A stretch of DNA of 50,409 bases, from NCBI GenBank assembly GCA_013115125.1, contig JABANN010000229.1, forward strand, positions 1 through 50,409, in the 5' to 3' direction. The translations under genes were made by a program, and so were the position numbers. A model generated the notes under the pieces. It saw only the letters and a program-made list of their open reading frames with translations, did no database searches and was not told where the DNA came from. Positions 36,648 through 46,242 of this stretch are shown one piece after another; position 1 is the stretch's first letter; each line of letters begins with the position of its first letter. Origin of the DNA: Perkinsus olseni. Its lineage: Eukaryota.

Positions 36648-39483
36648 CTAAGCAACACTGCTCCTACGTTCGGTAGCAATCTTCGGTCTTCCAGAGCCGT
36701 AAGTGATCGCATGTATACATCCCAGTGATACCATAGACCATACCGAACATAGGGCCCCGTACGGTCCACCATAGAAGAGACCAACAAAAGAAAAAAGTAC
36801 GCAACGCCCCACTTCGTACGTAGCATTGCCATCGAAGAGAAAGCCTTGAGCAATGTAGGAAAATAGACTGTAAGCCGCCAAGACCACGTTGCGATCTGAT
36901 GACTCGAGTAGAAGTCCGCACAGAGTCGACACCAAGAATTGCACTGCGATGTATATCTTAACACCAACAGAGGCGGTCGTGCTGCGCGTTAGACGGGCAA
37001 GCCGGGGGGCTGGGGGACACACACGAGCAGTAGTGGTGGTGTAGTACCTAAGACGCGGCAAAATAGTAGTTAAGACGCCTACAAAACTCCGCTCACCCAG
37101 GGCCCTTCCACCAGGAACGTGACTGACGCGAGAATGCCTGTAACTGAAAAACACTGTCTACCCAAGATTTGCTGGGGACTGCCCAGCCATAAACACAAGC
37201 TGCTTGTGCGGGCTCCTTGAGGTATGTGCCTGCGGGCCATTCGATAGAGCGAGTATTGCGCGATGGCTACTGAAGGCTACCGAACAGTTTATCGTAGACC
37301 ACCAATGTTCCACCGAAGTTCTTGTGAAGACGTCTATCGTGGTGAATGCGATGGTTGGAGGGCGTCATCATTATCTCTTCCAAGGGCCATGGCAGAGACC
37401 CCACTATCGACGTATGGATCCAAAACTGGTACCTGAAGCGGCTCGAACTTTCATCCGAGTGAACAAGAGCCAAAAGCCTGGGTCTCAGTGGCTGATCCAT
37501 AAATGCTTATAGCGAACATTTATTGTGGTGCTACATTATGTTCCACGTACGATAGGTCATCGAGACGTCTGTAGGTACTCCGAGTACGGCAAGGGGAAGA
37601 TAGAACACCCAGCTGACGGCTTGCTGTAGATACCCTTGTCGAAGAGCCGTACCTGAACATGGGGAGCTTCGAAAGAAAGGGCCGCCCCGTGCCGTACTGA
37701 AATTGAAGTGCTCGCTGCTGTGATGATTGGCGTGACCCATCGCCCAGATGAATCCAATTTCATGAGACATCCGATGGAATGAATAGTAGCACAGCTCGAT
37801 CAGTGAGCCGAATATCAGCATCTTCATCCATTGCGGAGCCCCTGGCAAGGAAACACATTTTTTGACAAAAAACGTGAAAGTCTATAAAGGTTCTCACATG
37901 TCAGATCTAGATTCCCAATAGCGTAATTGTCATGTATGTAATCGTATCTGAAGTCGGAATGCGACCGTTTCTGCGGTTCATTGTCCACTTCCAGAAGAAA
38001 ATCGACGTCACCAGTTCAACACCTTATCGAACGGTCCATAGCACGGGACCCGACAGCGAATGCATGCGCCAAGGCGTGTTCAAAAACTTCGTGAACAACT
38101 TCACAGTCATGCATTTCCTGAACGGGTGAGCTTTTAAAGATGAAATTTCAAGGGAGCATCACCAATACAGTGGACAACAGTGTTGTCACAACAGCTGTGC
38201 CGAAGATGACGGAACGTTCGCCACACCTCGAAGACCCCGTGTACCATTCAAATTTCCGTTTCCGAAAGTATCACAATGGTGGGCGTTCCAATCGATAAGG
38301 GAAGGACCACACTTCGGTTCCCTCTTGCCCTCCTATGCTTACGCACGATTCTCCAAAGCTAACGAGATGGCGTGGGTGAGAAGCAAACAACTGGGTCATC
38401 GGGAACGACTAAAGTAAATTCCCTGTCCACAGGCAAGGGCAGCAGTTGATTGGCCTAGGGGGACCGCTGCTGGGCCTTGTGGGGCAAGTGTGGGGAAGGG
38501 AGGTAACAGGTAGCAGCAAGGTCGACTGCCCCTCGACATCTTGTTTTTGAAGAAAAACAATTGAGTGGTGCACATGGTCTCCGACGTACGGTTAACATTC
38601 AGCTTTGAGTAGCTACAGTCACCAGATGTCATTTTTGGCATGTGGCTTCCCCGTGACGTTCATCATATTCGCTCGAAATTACATCCCCAAGAACTTCAAG
38701 GTCGAGAAATTGCAAGGTCTTGAAGTTGTTGACGAGGGCGCAACCCATCTTGAACATGTCATACCACAACTTTCCCAACTTGATAGCACCGTAGCACGCT
38801 TTCATGGCGGACAACGATGCTCTTTATTGTATCTTACGCGTATACGTACACGACACAGGTTCCTAACGACGCACTACCTTGCGCTTCCAATTGGAAGACC
38901 GGAAACGAACTCGACGAGAGGCGGAACTCTCCCCTCGCATTCTTCATCTTACACGTATTCTTTGAGGGTGAATCTCTCGATGACCATAATGCTAAGAAGG
39001 ACGTCCATAGCACCAGCTGCAACAGAGGACCAGCAATCAGCTGCCTCATAGTAACTGAACGGCTCACGAAGGACTACTGGTCAAAAAAAAGCCTAGCACA
39101 TACCCCGATTCCGGTATCCAGTCTGACTCTGTCGATGAAGGAAGACGCCTCTTGTGAATATGCAGTATGATAAACTCGACGGCGATGAGGGCAAGATACA
39201 GGGGAATGGAGCCTTCAATGTAGTTGTAGTACACCAACTCCCCTAAACAAAAGTAGAAAACTCTCGCCATGGCCACAGCGGCAGCGACTGCGATAACTCC
39301 ACACTCAGACATGCTTTGCCCTACGATGATCGACGAATCAAGCGCGCCCCTACCGTTGCTGAGTTCCACAACCTTCCTCGGCACCAGGTACTCAGAGACC
39401 ACCAACGACACTACCAAAGCTATCACACACGCACTTGCTTCCCATCGCGGGAGGCTCCAAGGACGCTTAAACCCATTAACCAT
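36648..39483 (-). CDS. AGMO: Alkylglycerol monooxygenase-like fatty-acid hydroxylase/sterol desaturase family protein, multi-exon
   Basis: His boxes YYSFHRMSHE, HANHHSSEHFNFSTALRQ, YQFWIHT and TPSNHRIHH...NFGG...DKLFGT, followed by VYG and KGPG as in AGMO. N-terminal exons lie at 39483-38953 and there is a 1005-nt intron at 37948-38952. Confidence 0.85.
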
Positions 39484-39649
39484 CGTGAAGAACTACGACG
39501 ATAAACCTCATGCTTTCTCATAGAAGTTTACCAATGGAATCCACACTGTCCTACAGACAACCCTCGAGATCCAACAGACGGGAGGCGAATGAAACAAAAC
39601 CCCCTCCTGCCGGGTCGTATGAAGCTCCCCACTTGGCCTTCCCCTCTCC

Positions 39650-39905
39650 TTAATTAACACTGGGTGACTGAGACGTATAGACGCCCCGCCTGAGCTCTCA
39701 CCAGCGTCGTGTAAGAGCGGTTCCACCTAAGCTCCTCTACTGAATTGAAGAGGGCCCATCTCTAGCTACCGCGCCTGAAGGCTATGGCTCACGTAGAGAC
39801 CGAGGCACACGGCATTGGAAAATACCGTAGCAAAGGCACTCAGATGCACCAGTCGTGATCGGATATACGAAATACGCAGTCCTCCCACTCTGGTTAGCAT
39901 CTACT
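39650..39905 (-). promoter_or_regulatory. Conserved structured region downstream of TPP aptamer copy 1 (putative expression platform)
   Basis: Highly similar to 42779-43039 and 45703-45967. Contains conserved hairpins and an anti-aptamer strand at 39652-39674. Confidence 0.6.
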
Positions 39906-40007
39906 AGTTCGCTCCCTTCGCAGGCATTACCCTGGTCAGGTTCCGACGGTGATCTCTCAGCCGAGAGCCCTTCCCAGATGGGGTCGGTCTCAGCACCCGT
40001 GCGAACT
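39906..40007 (-). ncRNA. TPP riboswitch aptamer, copy 1 (3' region of SLC19 gene 1)
   Basis: Minus strand reads AGTTCGC ACGGGT GCTGAGA...TCTCGGC TGAGA GATCA CCGT CGGAA CCT GAC CAGG GTAATG CCTG CGA AGG GA GCGAACT. P1 (7 bp), P2, P3, the UGAGA motif, P4, P5 and the CGNAGGGA closure all match the THI-box consensus. Confidence 0.95.
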
Positions 40008-40161
40008 TAGTGTCCAATGACGATGATTAGAAAGGATTATAGAATCATACAAGTCTCATACATATCGAGACGAATCCAAAATAGCAATGCAAACGAAGTA
40101 CGGAAGACAGAAGAAAAAAGGAAGATGAACATCAGCGATTGTGAGAAGTAGCATCTCACTC

Positions 40162-41628
40162 TCACTTGGCACTCTCAGAAACATCAGTGGGGGTGACACG
40201 TCTCTTGGACCAGAAATACAATGCAACGGCTAAGACCATAAAGACTACCTGGAACGACAGTTGGAATACCCACAGTATCTTATAGACAATACGAAGATCG
40301 ATCTGGAACCAAGTGAACATGAAGAGGGAGAGAATCGTAGACAATATGTACGCAGTCAAGTTATTAAACATGACAATAATGGCATAACAACCCGAGTTGA
40401 CATTATCTTCCCCTTTAATATGTTTGTTAACAACACGGCCGGTCTCTGCGCTGACGAAGGCGTTGATGAAGTGATAACCCAGGTAGTAGAGGATAAAGCC
40501 GATACACATCGGTATGATACGATCATACCAAATCATTAGGGTCAGGGCTAGGATACACCAGATGCCCATGGCACCAACCGTCACATGCTGATGGTAATAC
40601 GCGACCTTCAGGATACGAGGCACAGCTACAGACAACGCACTGATGGAAGCAATGAGCTGAGCTATTGCAAAAACGGTACCGTTGTAGTTCTTCTCGGTAC
40701 CCTCCTCTACCATCATCATATCGTACAGCGAGGATTCGTAACCCTCAATAAGACCGTACGCGCAGTTGCCGAAGATCCACCAGAACAGAATAAGAGCGTA
40801 GACCTTGTCCTCGTACGCCAACTTCATAGTCTTCCACACCTCCTTAGGCCTCGGAGCTTTGTCTCGCTTGACACCGGTAAGAAACAGAGCAATAAAAGCA
40901 GCCACAATGACCGATGCCGCCGAGACCCACATGAGAGAAGTATAGCTCATGTGACAAGCATCGACCATGACATCGCCTACGATACCAGACAGCATATGAG
41001 AGAACACATAAGAGGCCAAATTCATCGATGTTAGTTTTTGGTAGTTTTCTTTGGGCACGACGTGGAAGAGGTAGCCGTAAAAGATTTCTTCAGCCGCAGT
41101 ACCGAAAGCGTACGTACACTGCATGATTTGCATGTCGAGTAGAGAACTACCGAACAACAACAGGAATCTTGTTGCTAGACGCCCCAACGCTCCCAGGATG
41201 AGCTCGAGCTTATAGCCAACGAACTCAGATAGGCAGCCGCCGACCAGTAGAAAGGGGATACACGCGTAGGTGCACCAAGGGTAGATTTGAGAGTTGATCT
41301 GATCATCAGTGAAGCCCTTGGTCTCTCTGAGGTAGGTCGTTAGATGGGGTTCGGATGGTATGAATGCCAGAAAAAAAGTGAAAGCACAGCATATAGTAGC
41401 CTCGTACCAAAAAGGCTTATATCCGTCAGGGCCGGTAGGGACCTTCCAATCACCATGCCAAAGACGTGCCCACACAGACTTCATCTTCTTCCCCTCTTCG
41501 GTATGCCCCGCTGAGGACCCGGCACCATCTTCCACGTCAACCATCTTGCTTATGATAGGCTGCTCGAGGCTACCTAAGCTGGCAGTATGGGCTGAAGAGA
41601 TGCTGCTTGAAGCACCACGTGATCTCAT
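40162..41628 (-). CDS. SLC19 / reduced folate carrier family transporter (probable thiamine transporter), copy 1
   Basis: Intronless multi-TM MFS-like ORF. PSEPHLTTYL...KGFTDDQINSQIYPWCTY matches the SLC19 N-terminal signature. The start was placed at MRSRG by homology with copy 2, although the ORF extends to 41715. Linked to a TPP aptamer. Confidence 0.9.
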   Translation of the reverse strand: MRSRGASSSISSAHTASLGSLEQPIISKMVDVEDGAGSSAGHTEEGKKMKSVWARLWHGDWKVPTGPDGYKPFWYEATICCAFTFFLAFIPSEPHLTTYLRETKGFTDDQINSQIYPWCTYACIPFLLVGGCLSEFVGYKLELILGALGRLATRFLLLFGSSLLDMQIMQCTYAFGTAAEEIFYGYLFHVVPKENYQKLTSMNLASYVFSHMLSGIVGDVMVDACHMSYTSLMWVSAASVIVAAFIALFLTGVKRDKAPRPKEVWKTMKLAYEDKVYALILFWWIFGNCAYGLIEGYESSLYDMMMVEEGTEKNYNGTVFAIAQLIASISALSVAVPRILKVAYYHQHVTVGAMGIWCILALTLMIWYDRIIPMCIGFILYYLGYHFINAFVSAETGRVVNKHIKGEDNVNSGCYAIIVMFNNLTAYILSTILSLFMFTWFQIDLRIVYKILWVFQLSFQVVFMVLAVALYFWSKRRVTPTDVSESAK

Positions 41629-42778
41629 GATTAAAAGTAAGCAATAAAACCGACTGGGAAAAATAATCCTTGCTACTACTCGTACTCCACCCTCATCACA
41701 GCGACCCGCATCCACGATCCGGATACGCTAAGGTATTCACACGAGCCACAAATCCTGTCCCCGCGGCTCAACACGCAGGGGGACAATTTCCTGTGTTGTT
41801 GACTACAGTAGTTAACAACAAGCAGCTTGAGAATCTCGAATTAGCCTTCACGCTACGGCCTAGAACACAGACGTATTGGTTCGCTGACAAAGCCACGCTG
41901 GGGACGTATTGCTCCCAGTCGTAGTAGCATAGAGAGTTTCCAGGAAGCTTTATCGCGAGCATTGTGCCCAAACGTGTAGCAACACAGCCGCACGACGTCC
42001 GATGAATATTAGGATGCCGACCGAGTGGCGTGGAGACACAAACAGGTGAAGGAGATGTAAAGTGGGAAGTTCATTCTGATTCCAGTTCCATCGGGCCACG
42101 AGCAGAGAATAGGCGTCACGGACCTCGGCGAGGGTGATGACCTGGGCGTGTATCGTCTGATGAACGTCAGTTTGGATGAGCAACACTGGCTTATGTCACG
42201 GAACAGTCTAACTATCGCAATCTTCGCTCGTCACACTCACGAAATTGCAGCAGGATTCGACCTCTTTCAAGGGACTTTCCGTCATAACTGCTGTATATTT
42301 GAACGGATACGGACAAAGTAAAGAATCAGCCCTTCACAAGAAAAAGTTCAGCACATCCGAAAAGCGAAGGCCCGCCCGATCTTTTAACGAGAGAAGAGCT
42401 TCTCGCCTGAGACACAGAGTGTGGAATCTTGGCGCTCAGTCACGTGTCTCTTTTGGCGTTGCCACCCGAGCTAAGCACGCTACCTATTGCTGTTGAACTT
42501 CATAACACCGGTGGCATCAACGGCATTAGGCGCCGAACAGACTTCCATTGAACAAAAGGAAGAACTGAACCGACAAACCATCCACTAACGAGAAGGAAAT
42601 CGGTGAAGCCTTCGAGGACCAATGTTACCCCAAGCCAGGGCTAGCATGGGGCTGCCACTAAAAGCATACCAATAAGGCTAGCTGAAGCACGACCCCATTC
42701 ATCCATTGCATGAAGAGATTCTCGCCTCTATGCACTCGTTCCCTAGCCGAATCGCGCACTTCCCCTGCTAATCTCCCC

Positions 42779-43039
42779 TAATTAACACTGGGTGGCTGAG
42801 CCGCTCACATGCCTTGACCGAGTTCTCACTAGCGTCGTATAAGCGCGGTTCACCTAAGCTCCTCTTCTTAATCGAAGAGGGCCCACCTCTAGCTACCGCG
42901 CCTAAAGGCTACGGCTAACGTAGAGTCCGAGGCACACGGCATTCGAAAATACCGTAGCAGAGGCAAAAGGCACTCAGATGCTCCAGTCGTGGTCGGACAT
43001 ACAAAATACGCAGTCCTCCCATTCTGGTTGGCATCTGCT
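42779..43039 (-). promoter_or_regulatory. Conserved structured region downstream of TPP aptamer copy 2
   Basis: Paralog of 39650-39905 with the main stems retained. Confidence 0.6.
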
Positions 43040-43142
43040 AGTTCGCTCCCTTCGCAGGCATTACCCTGGTCAGGTTCCGACGGTGATCTCTCAGCCGAGG
43101 GCCCTTCCCCCAATGGGGTCGGTCTCGGCACCCGTGCGAACT
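43040..43142 (-). ncRNA. TPP riboswitch aptamer, copy 2
   Basis: Same core as copy 1, with P3 GCCGAG/CTCGGC. Lies 120 nt after the stop of transporter copy 2. Confidence 0.95.
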
Positions 43143-43262
43143 TAGTGTCCAATGACGATGAGTAGAAAGATTTGTACGACAGCAATGTTAACAAAGAAGT
43201 ACAGAAGACGAAGATTGGCGGAAAAAATATCGTCGCCTATCAGGACGAGTAGCATTTCATTC

Positions 43263-44726
43263 TCAATCGCTACTCTTAACAACGTCAGCGGTGGCACGTC
43301 TTTTGGACCAGAAATACGATGCAACGGCTAAGACCATGAATACTGCCTGGAACGACAATTGGAATACCCACAGTATCTTATAAACATTACGGAGATCGAT
43401 CTGGAACCAAGTGAACATGAAGAGGGAGAGAATCGTAGACAATATGTACGCAGTCAAGTTATTAAACATGACAATAATGGCATAACAACCCGAGTTGACA
43501 TTATCTTCCCCTTTAATATGCTTGTTAACAACACGGCCTGTCTCTGCGCTGACGAAGGCGTTGATGAAGTGATAACCCAGGTAGTAGAGGATAAAGCCGA
43601 TACACATCGGTATGATACGATCATACCAAATCATTAGGGTCAGGGCTAGGATACACCAGATGCCCATGGCACCAACCGTCACATGCTGATGGTAATACGC
43701 GACCTTCAGGATACGAGGCACAGCTACAGACAAGGCACTGATGGATGCAACGAGCTGAGCTATTGCAAAAACGGTACCGTTGTAGTTCTTCTCGGTACCC
43801 TCCTCTACCATCATCATATCGTACAGCGAGGATTCGTAACCATCGATGAGACCGAAAGCGCAGTTGCCGAAGATCCACCAAAACAGAACGAGAACGTAAA
43901 CCTTGTCCTCATACGCCCACTTCATAGTTCTCCACACTTCCTTGGGCCTCGGGGCTCTATCACGCTTGACACTTGTGAGGAAGAGGGCAATGATAGCAGC
44001 AACGGTGACCGAAGCAGCCGAGACCCACTGAAGAGAGGTGTAGCTCATGTGACCAGCATTGAGCATGATATCACCAACTATACCAGACAGCATATGAGAG
44101 AGTACGAAGGCGGCCAAGTTCATCGACGTCAATTTCTGATAGTCCTTGTTGGCCACGACGTGGAACAAGTAGCCATAGAAGATCTTCTCAGCCGCGGTTC
44201 CGAATGAGTAAGTAACCTCTAGGATCTGCATGTGAAGTACAGTGGTACCGAACAACAAAAGGAACCTTGTTGCTAAGCGACCCATCGCTCCTAGAATAAG
44301 CGCCAACTTGTAGCCAACGAACTCGGACAGGAAGCCACCAATCAACAGGAAGGGTATACAGGCGTAGGTGGACCAAGGATAGATCTCTGAGTTGATCTGA
44401 TCATCCGTAAAGCCCTTGGTCTCTCTGAGGTAGGTCGTTAAATGGGGCTCGGAGGGCTTGAAGGCCAGGAAGAAAGTGAAAGCACAGCATATAGTAGCCT
44501 CGTACCAGAAAGGCTTATATCCACCTGGGCCGGTAGGGACCTTCCAATCACCATGCCAAAGACGTGACCACACAGTTCTCTTCGCCCTCTTCTCTTCAGG
44601 ATGTTTCTCAGAGAAGCTCGAACCATCTTCCACATCTAATGTCTTGCCGATGATAGGCTGTTCGAGACTATCAACACTGGCGGCATGGACTGAGGACATG
44701 CTGCTAGAAGCGCGACGAGACCTCAT
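43263..44726 (-). CDS. SLC19-family transporter (probable thiamine transporter), copy 2
   Basis: Intronless paralog with KPSEPHLTTYL...IYPWSTY. The first ATG is at 44726; the ORF-track start at 44732 is TTG. Confidence 0.9.
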   Translation of the reverse strand: MRSRRASSSMSSVHAASVDSLEQPIIGKTLDVEDGSSFSEKHPEEKRAKRTVWSRLWHGDWKVPTGPGGYKPFWYEATICCAFTFFLAFKPSEPHLTTYLRETKGFTDDQINSEIYPWSTYACIPFLLIGGFLSEFVGYKLALILGAMGRLATRFLLLFGTTVLHMQILEVTYSFGTAAEKIFYGYLFHVVANKDYQKLTSMNLAAFVLSHMLSGIVGDIMLNAGHMSYTSLQWVSAASVTVAAIIALFLTSVKRDRAPRPKEVWRTMKWAYEDKVYVLVLFWWIFGNCAFGLIDGYESSLYDMMMVEEGTEKNYNGTVFAIAQLVASISALSVAVPRILKVAYYHQHVTVGAMGIWCILALTLMIWYDRIIPMCIGFILYYLGYHFINAFVSAETGRVVNKHIKGEDNVNSGCYAIIVMFNNLTAYILSTILSLFMFTWFQIDLRNVYKILWVFQLSFQAVFMVLAVASYFWSKRRATADVVKSSD

Positions 44727-45702
44727 GTTCAAATGGGACCAAGCAATTCGACTGTGAGTGAACTCTCACGCTATGGTGGGGTTATGCGTCACAATTTCTG
44801 TCCCTCGGGAGCCCAGAGGTAAAACACGCAACAATACAGCTAGCTCGACTAGTGGCCTCTTACCGGCGTACGGAGACTCACAGTTATCTACAAATCAGAC
44901 TCGCTCCGAACGTGAGGCCCGCCCGAGGCGCCCTAGGGTATTCCAAAAAAGCATTTTCCAGAGAATCCACCCCAAGAGGTGTTATCACCAACTACAGAGA
45001 AGTAACGCTAAGGAGACTCACAACCCTGACATGCACAATGGCGTCAGGCCACAGTTGAGTGTCGACTCTGTAACTCAAGACTGGCCAGGCTTTGGTTTCA
45101 CGTGCATGCTCTTGTGCATGCGTGCTATCAGGCGCGGGCGTCACGCTGGAAAATGTCCAGTGACTCTCCACCGGAGAGGTCCGCGGGTCGCCGGACTCGA
45201 GCCTCCCATCCTCGAAGCTTTGGGAAGGACGAACCTCGAAATCTACGGGGTAGGAGTTAACGTACAAACCGGAGTCGACTAACGGGAACCCTGTAGTGTT
45301 TCGGGCTCGCAGGACCTGCGGAACTCGGGGAGCTCGCATGCAAGGGAAGAGCCGCTAACGAAGCGGGCGATGACTCAACCGCATTCAATATTGTCAGAAT
45401 GAAGTTGTCAATCACCCTAGACCAGCCTGCTATCGCTCCATTAGAGATTGTTCCACAGAGTGCTAAAAGCTCACGCTCAACTGTGGTTCCCCTGGACCGT
45501 CGGCAGCCTAGTCCAATATACTCCTCGTCCGCCGTTAACCTTCATTGTGTGACACGCCTAGGAAGCCATCAACTCCACTGTCACGGACAGCATATACACG
45601 CTAGCTCTCTAGTGGGCAAGGGACCCGAAGTATCATTCAAGCTATCCCTCCCCCAAGACTAATTCCGTTCCGACGGGTCAGAACCTCCCTAATAACCCCT
45701 TC

Positions 45703-45967
45703 TTAATTAACACTGGGTGACTGAGACGTGTAGACGTCCAGCCTGAGCTCTCACTAGCGTCGTTCAACAGCGGTTCCACCTAAGCTCCTCTACTGAATTG
45801 AAGAGGGCCCACCTCTAGCTACCGCGCATGAAGGCTACGGCTAACGTAGAGTCCGAGGCACACGGCATTGGGAAATACCGTAGCAAAGGCAAAAGGCACT
45901 CAGCGATGCACCAGTCGTGATCGGATATACGAAATACGTACTCCTCCCACTCTGGTTGGCATCTACT
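45703..45967 (-). promoter_or_regulatory. Conserved structured region downstream of TPP aptamer copy 3
   Basis: Paralog of 39650-39905. The anti-aptamer strand at 45705-45727 is identical to copy 1. Confidence 0.6.
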
Positions 45968-46070
45968 AGTTCGCTCCCTTCGCAGGCATTACCCTGGTCA
46001 GGTTCCGACGGTGATCTCTCAGCCGAGAGTCCTCCCCCAAATGGGTTCGGTCTCAGCACCCGTGCGAACT
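45968..46070 (-). ncRNA. TPP riboswitch aptamer, copy 3
   Basis: Same core as copies 1 and 2, with variation confined to P3. Lies 172 nt after the stop of transporter copy 3. Confidence 0.95.
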
Positions 46071-46242
46071 TAACTTCCTGTTGTTGTCGAATACACAGAA
46101 TTATGCACCGAAAACCGTGAGACAAGGAATCATACACCGCGATGGGTGATGATAGAAAAGTACACAGAAAATGTGCGAATGATAAAGACGCACACTACCT
46201 CGACGGCAGACCTCGTCGAAAATGACGGAAAGGATCGCGACC

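Noticed and set aside
37267-37269. Apparent premature stop in the AGMO-like gene (DKLFGSLQ*)
   Set aside because: It lies inside a short intron. Splicing restores DKLFGTYLKE.
39483-46070. Reading the riboswitches as 5' elements of the next downstream gene (AGMO, transporter 1, transporter 2)
   Set aside because: Each aptamer is only 120-172 nt from the upstream transporter's stop but more than 1.2 kb from the next transporter ATG. Copy 1 has no transporter downstream. A 3'-UTR position is the consistent reading, although RACE is needed to exclude effects on the adjacent AGMO gene.
39650-46070. CRISPR-like or transposon interpretation of the three ~360-nt repeats
   Set aside because: No short repeat-spacer periodicity, TIRs or TSDs. 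The repeats are parts of whole-gene tandem duplications.
42889-46137. ORFs 42889-43194, 45841-46137 and 45917-46120 sharing peptide similarity (SAERSPSEPDQGNACEGSEL)
   Set aside because: The similarity is a by-product of translating the conserved TPP aptamer. Starts, stops and frames are not conserved among the three copies.
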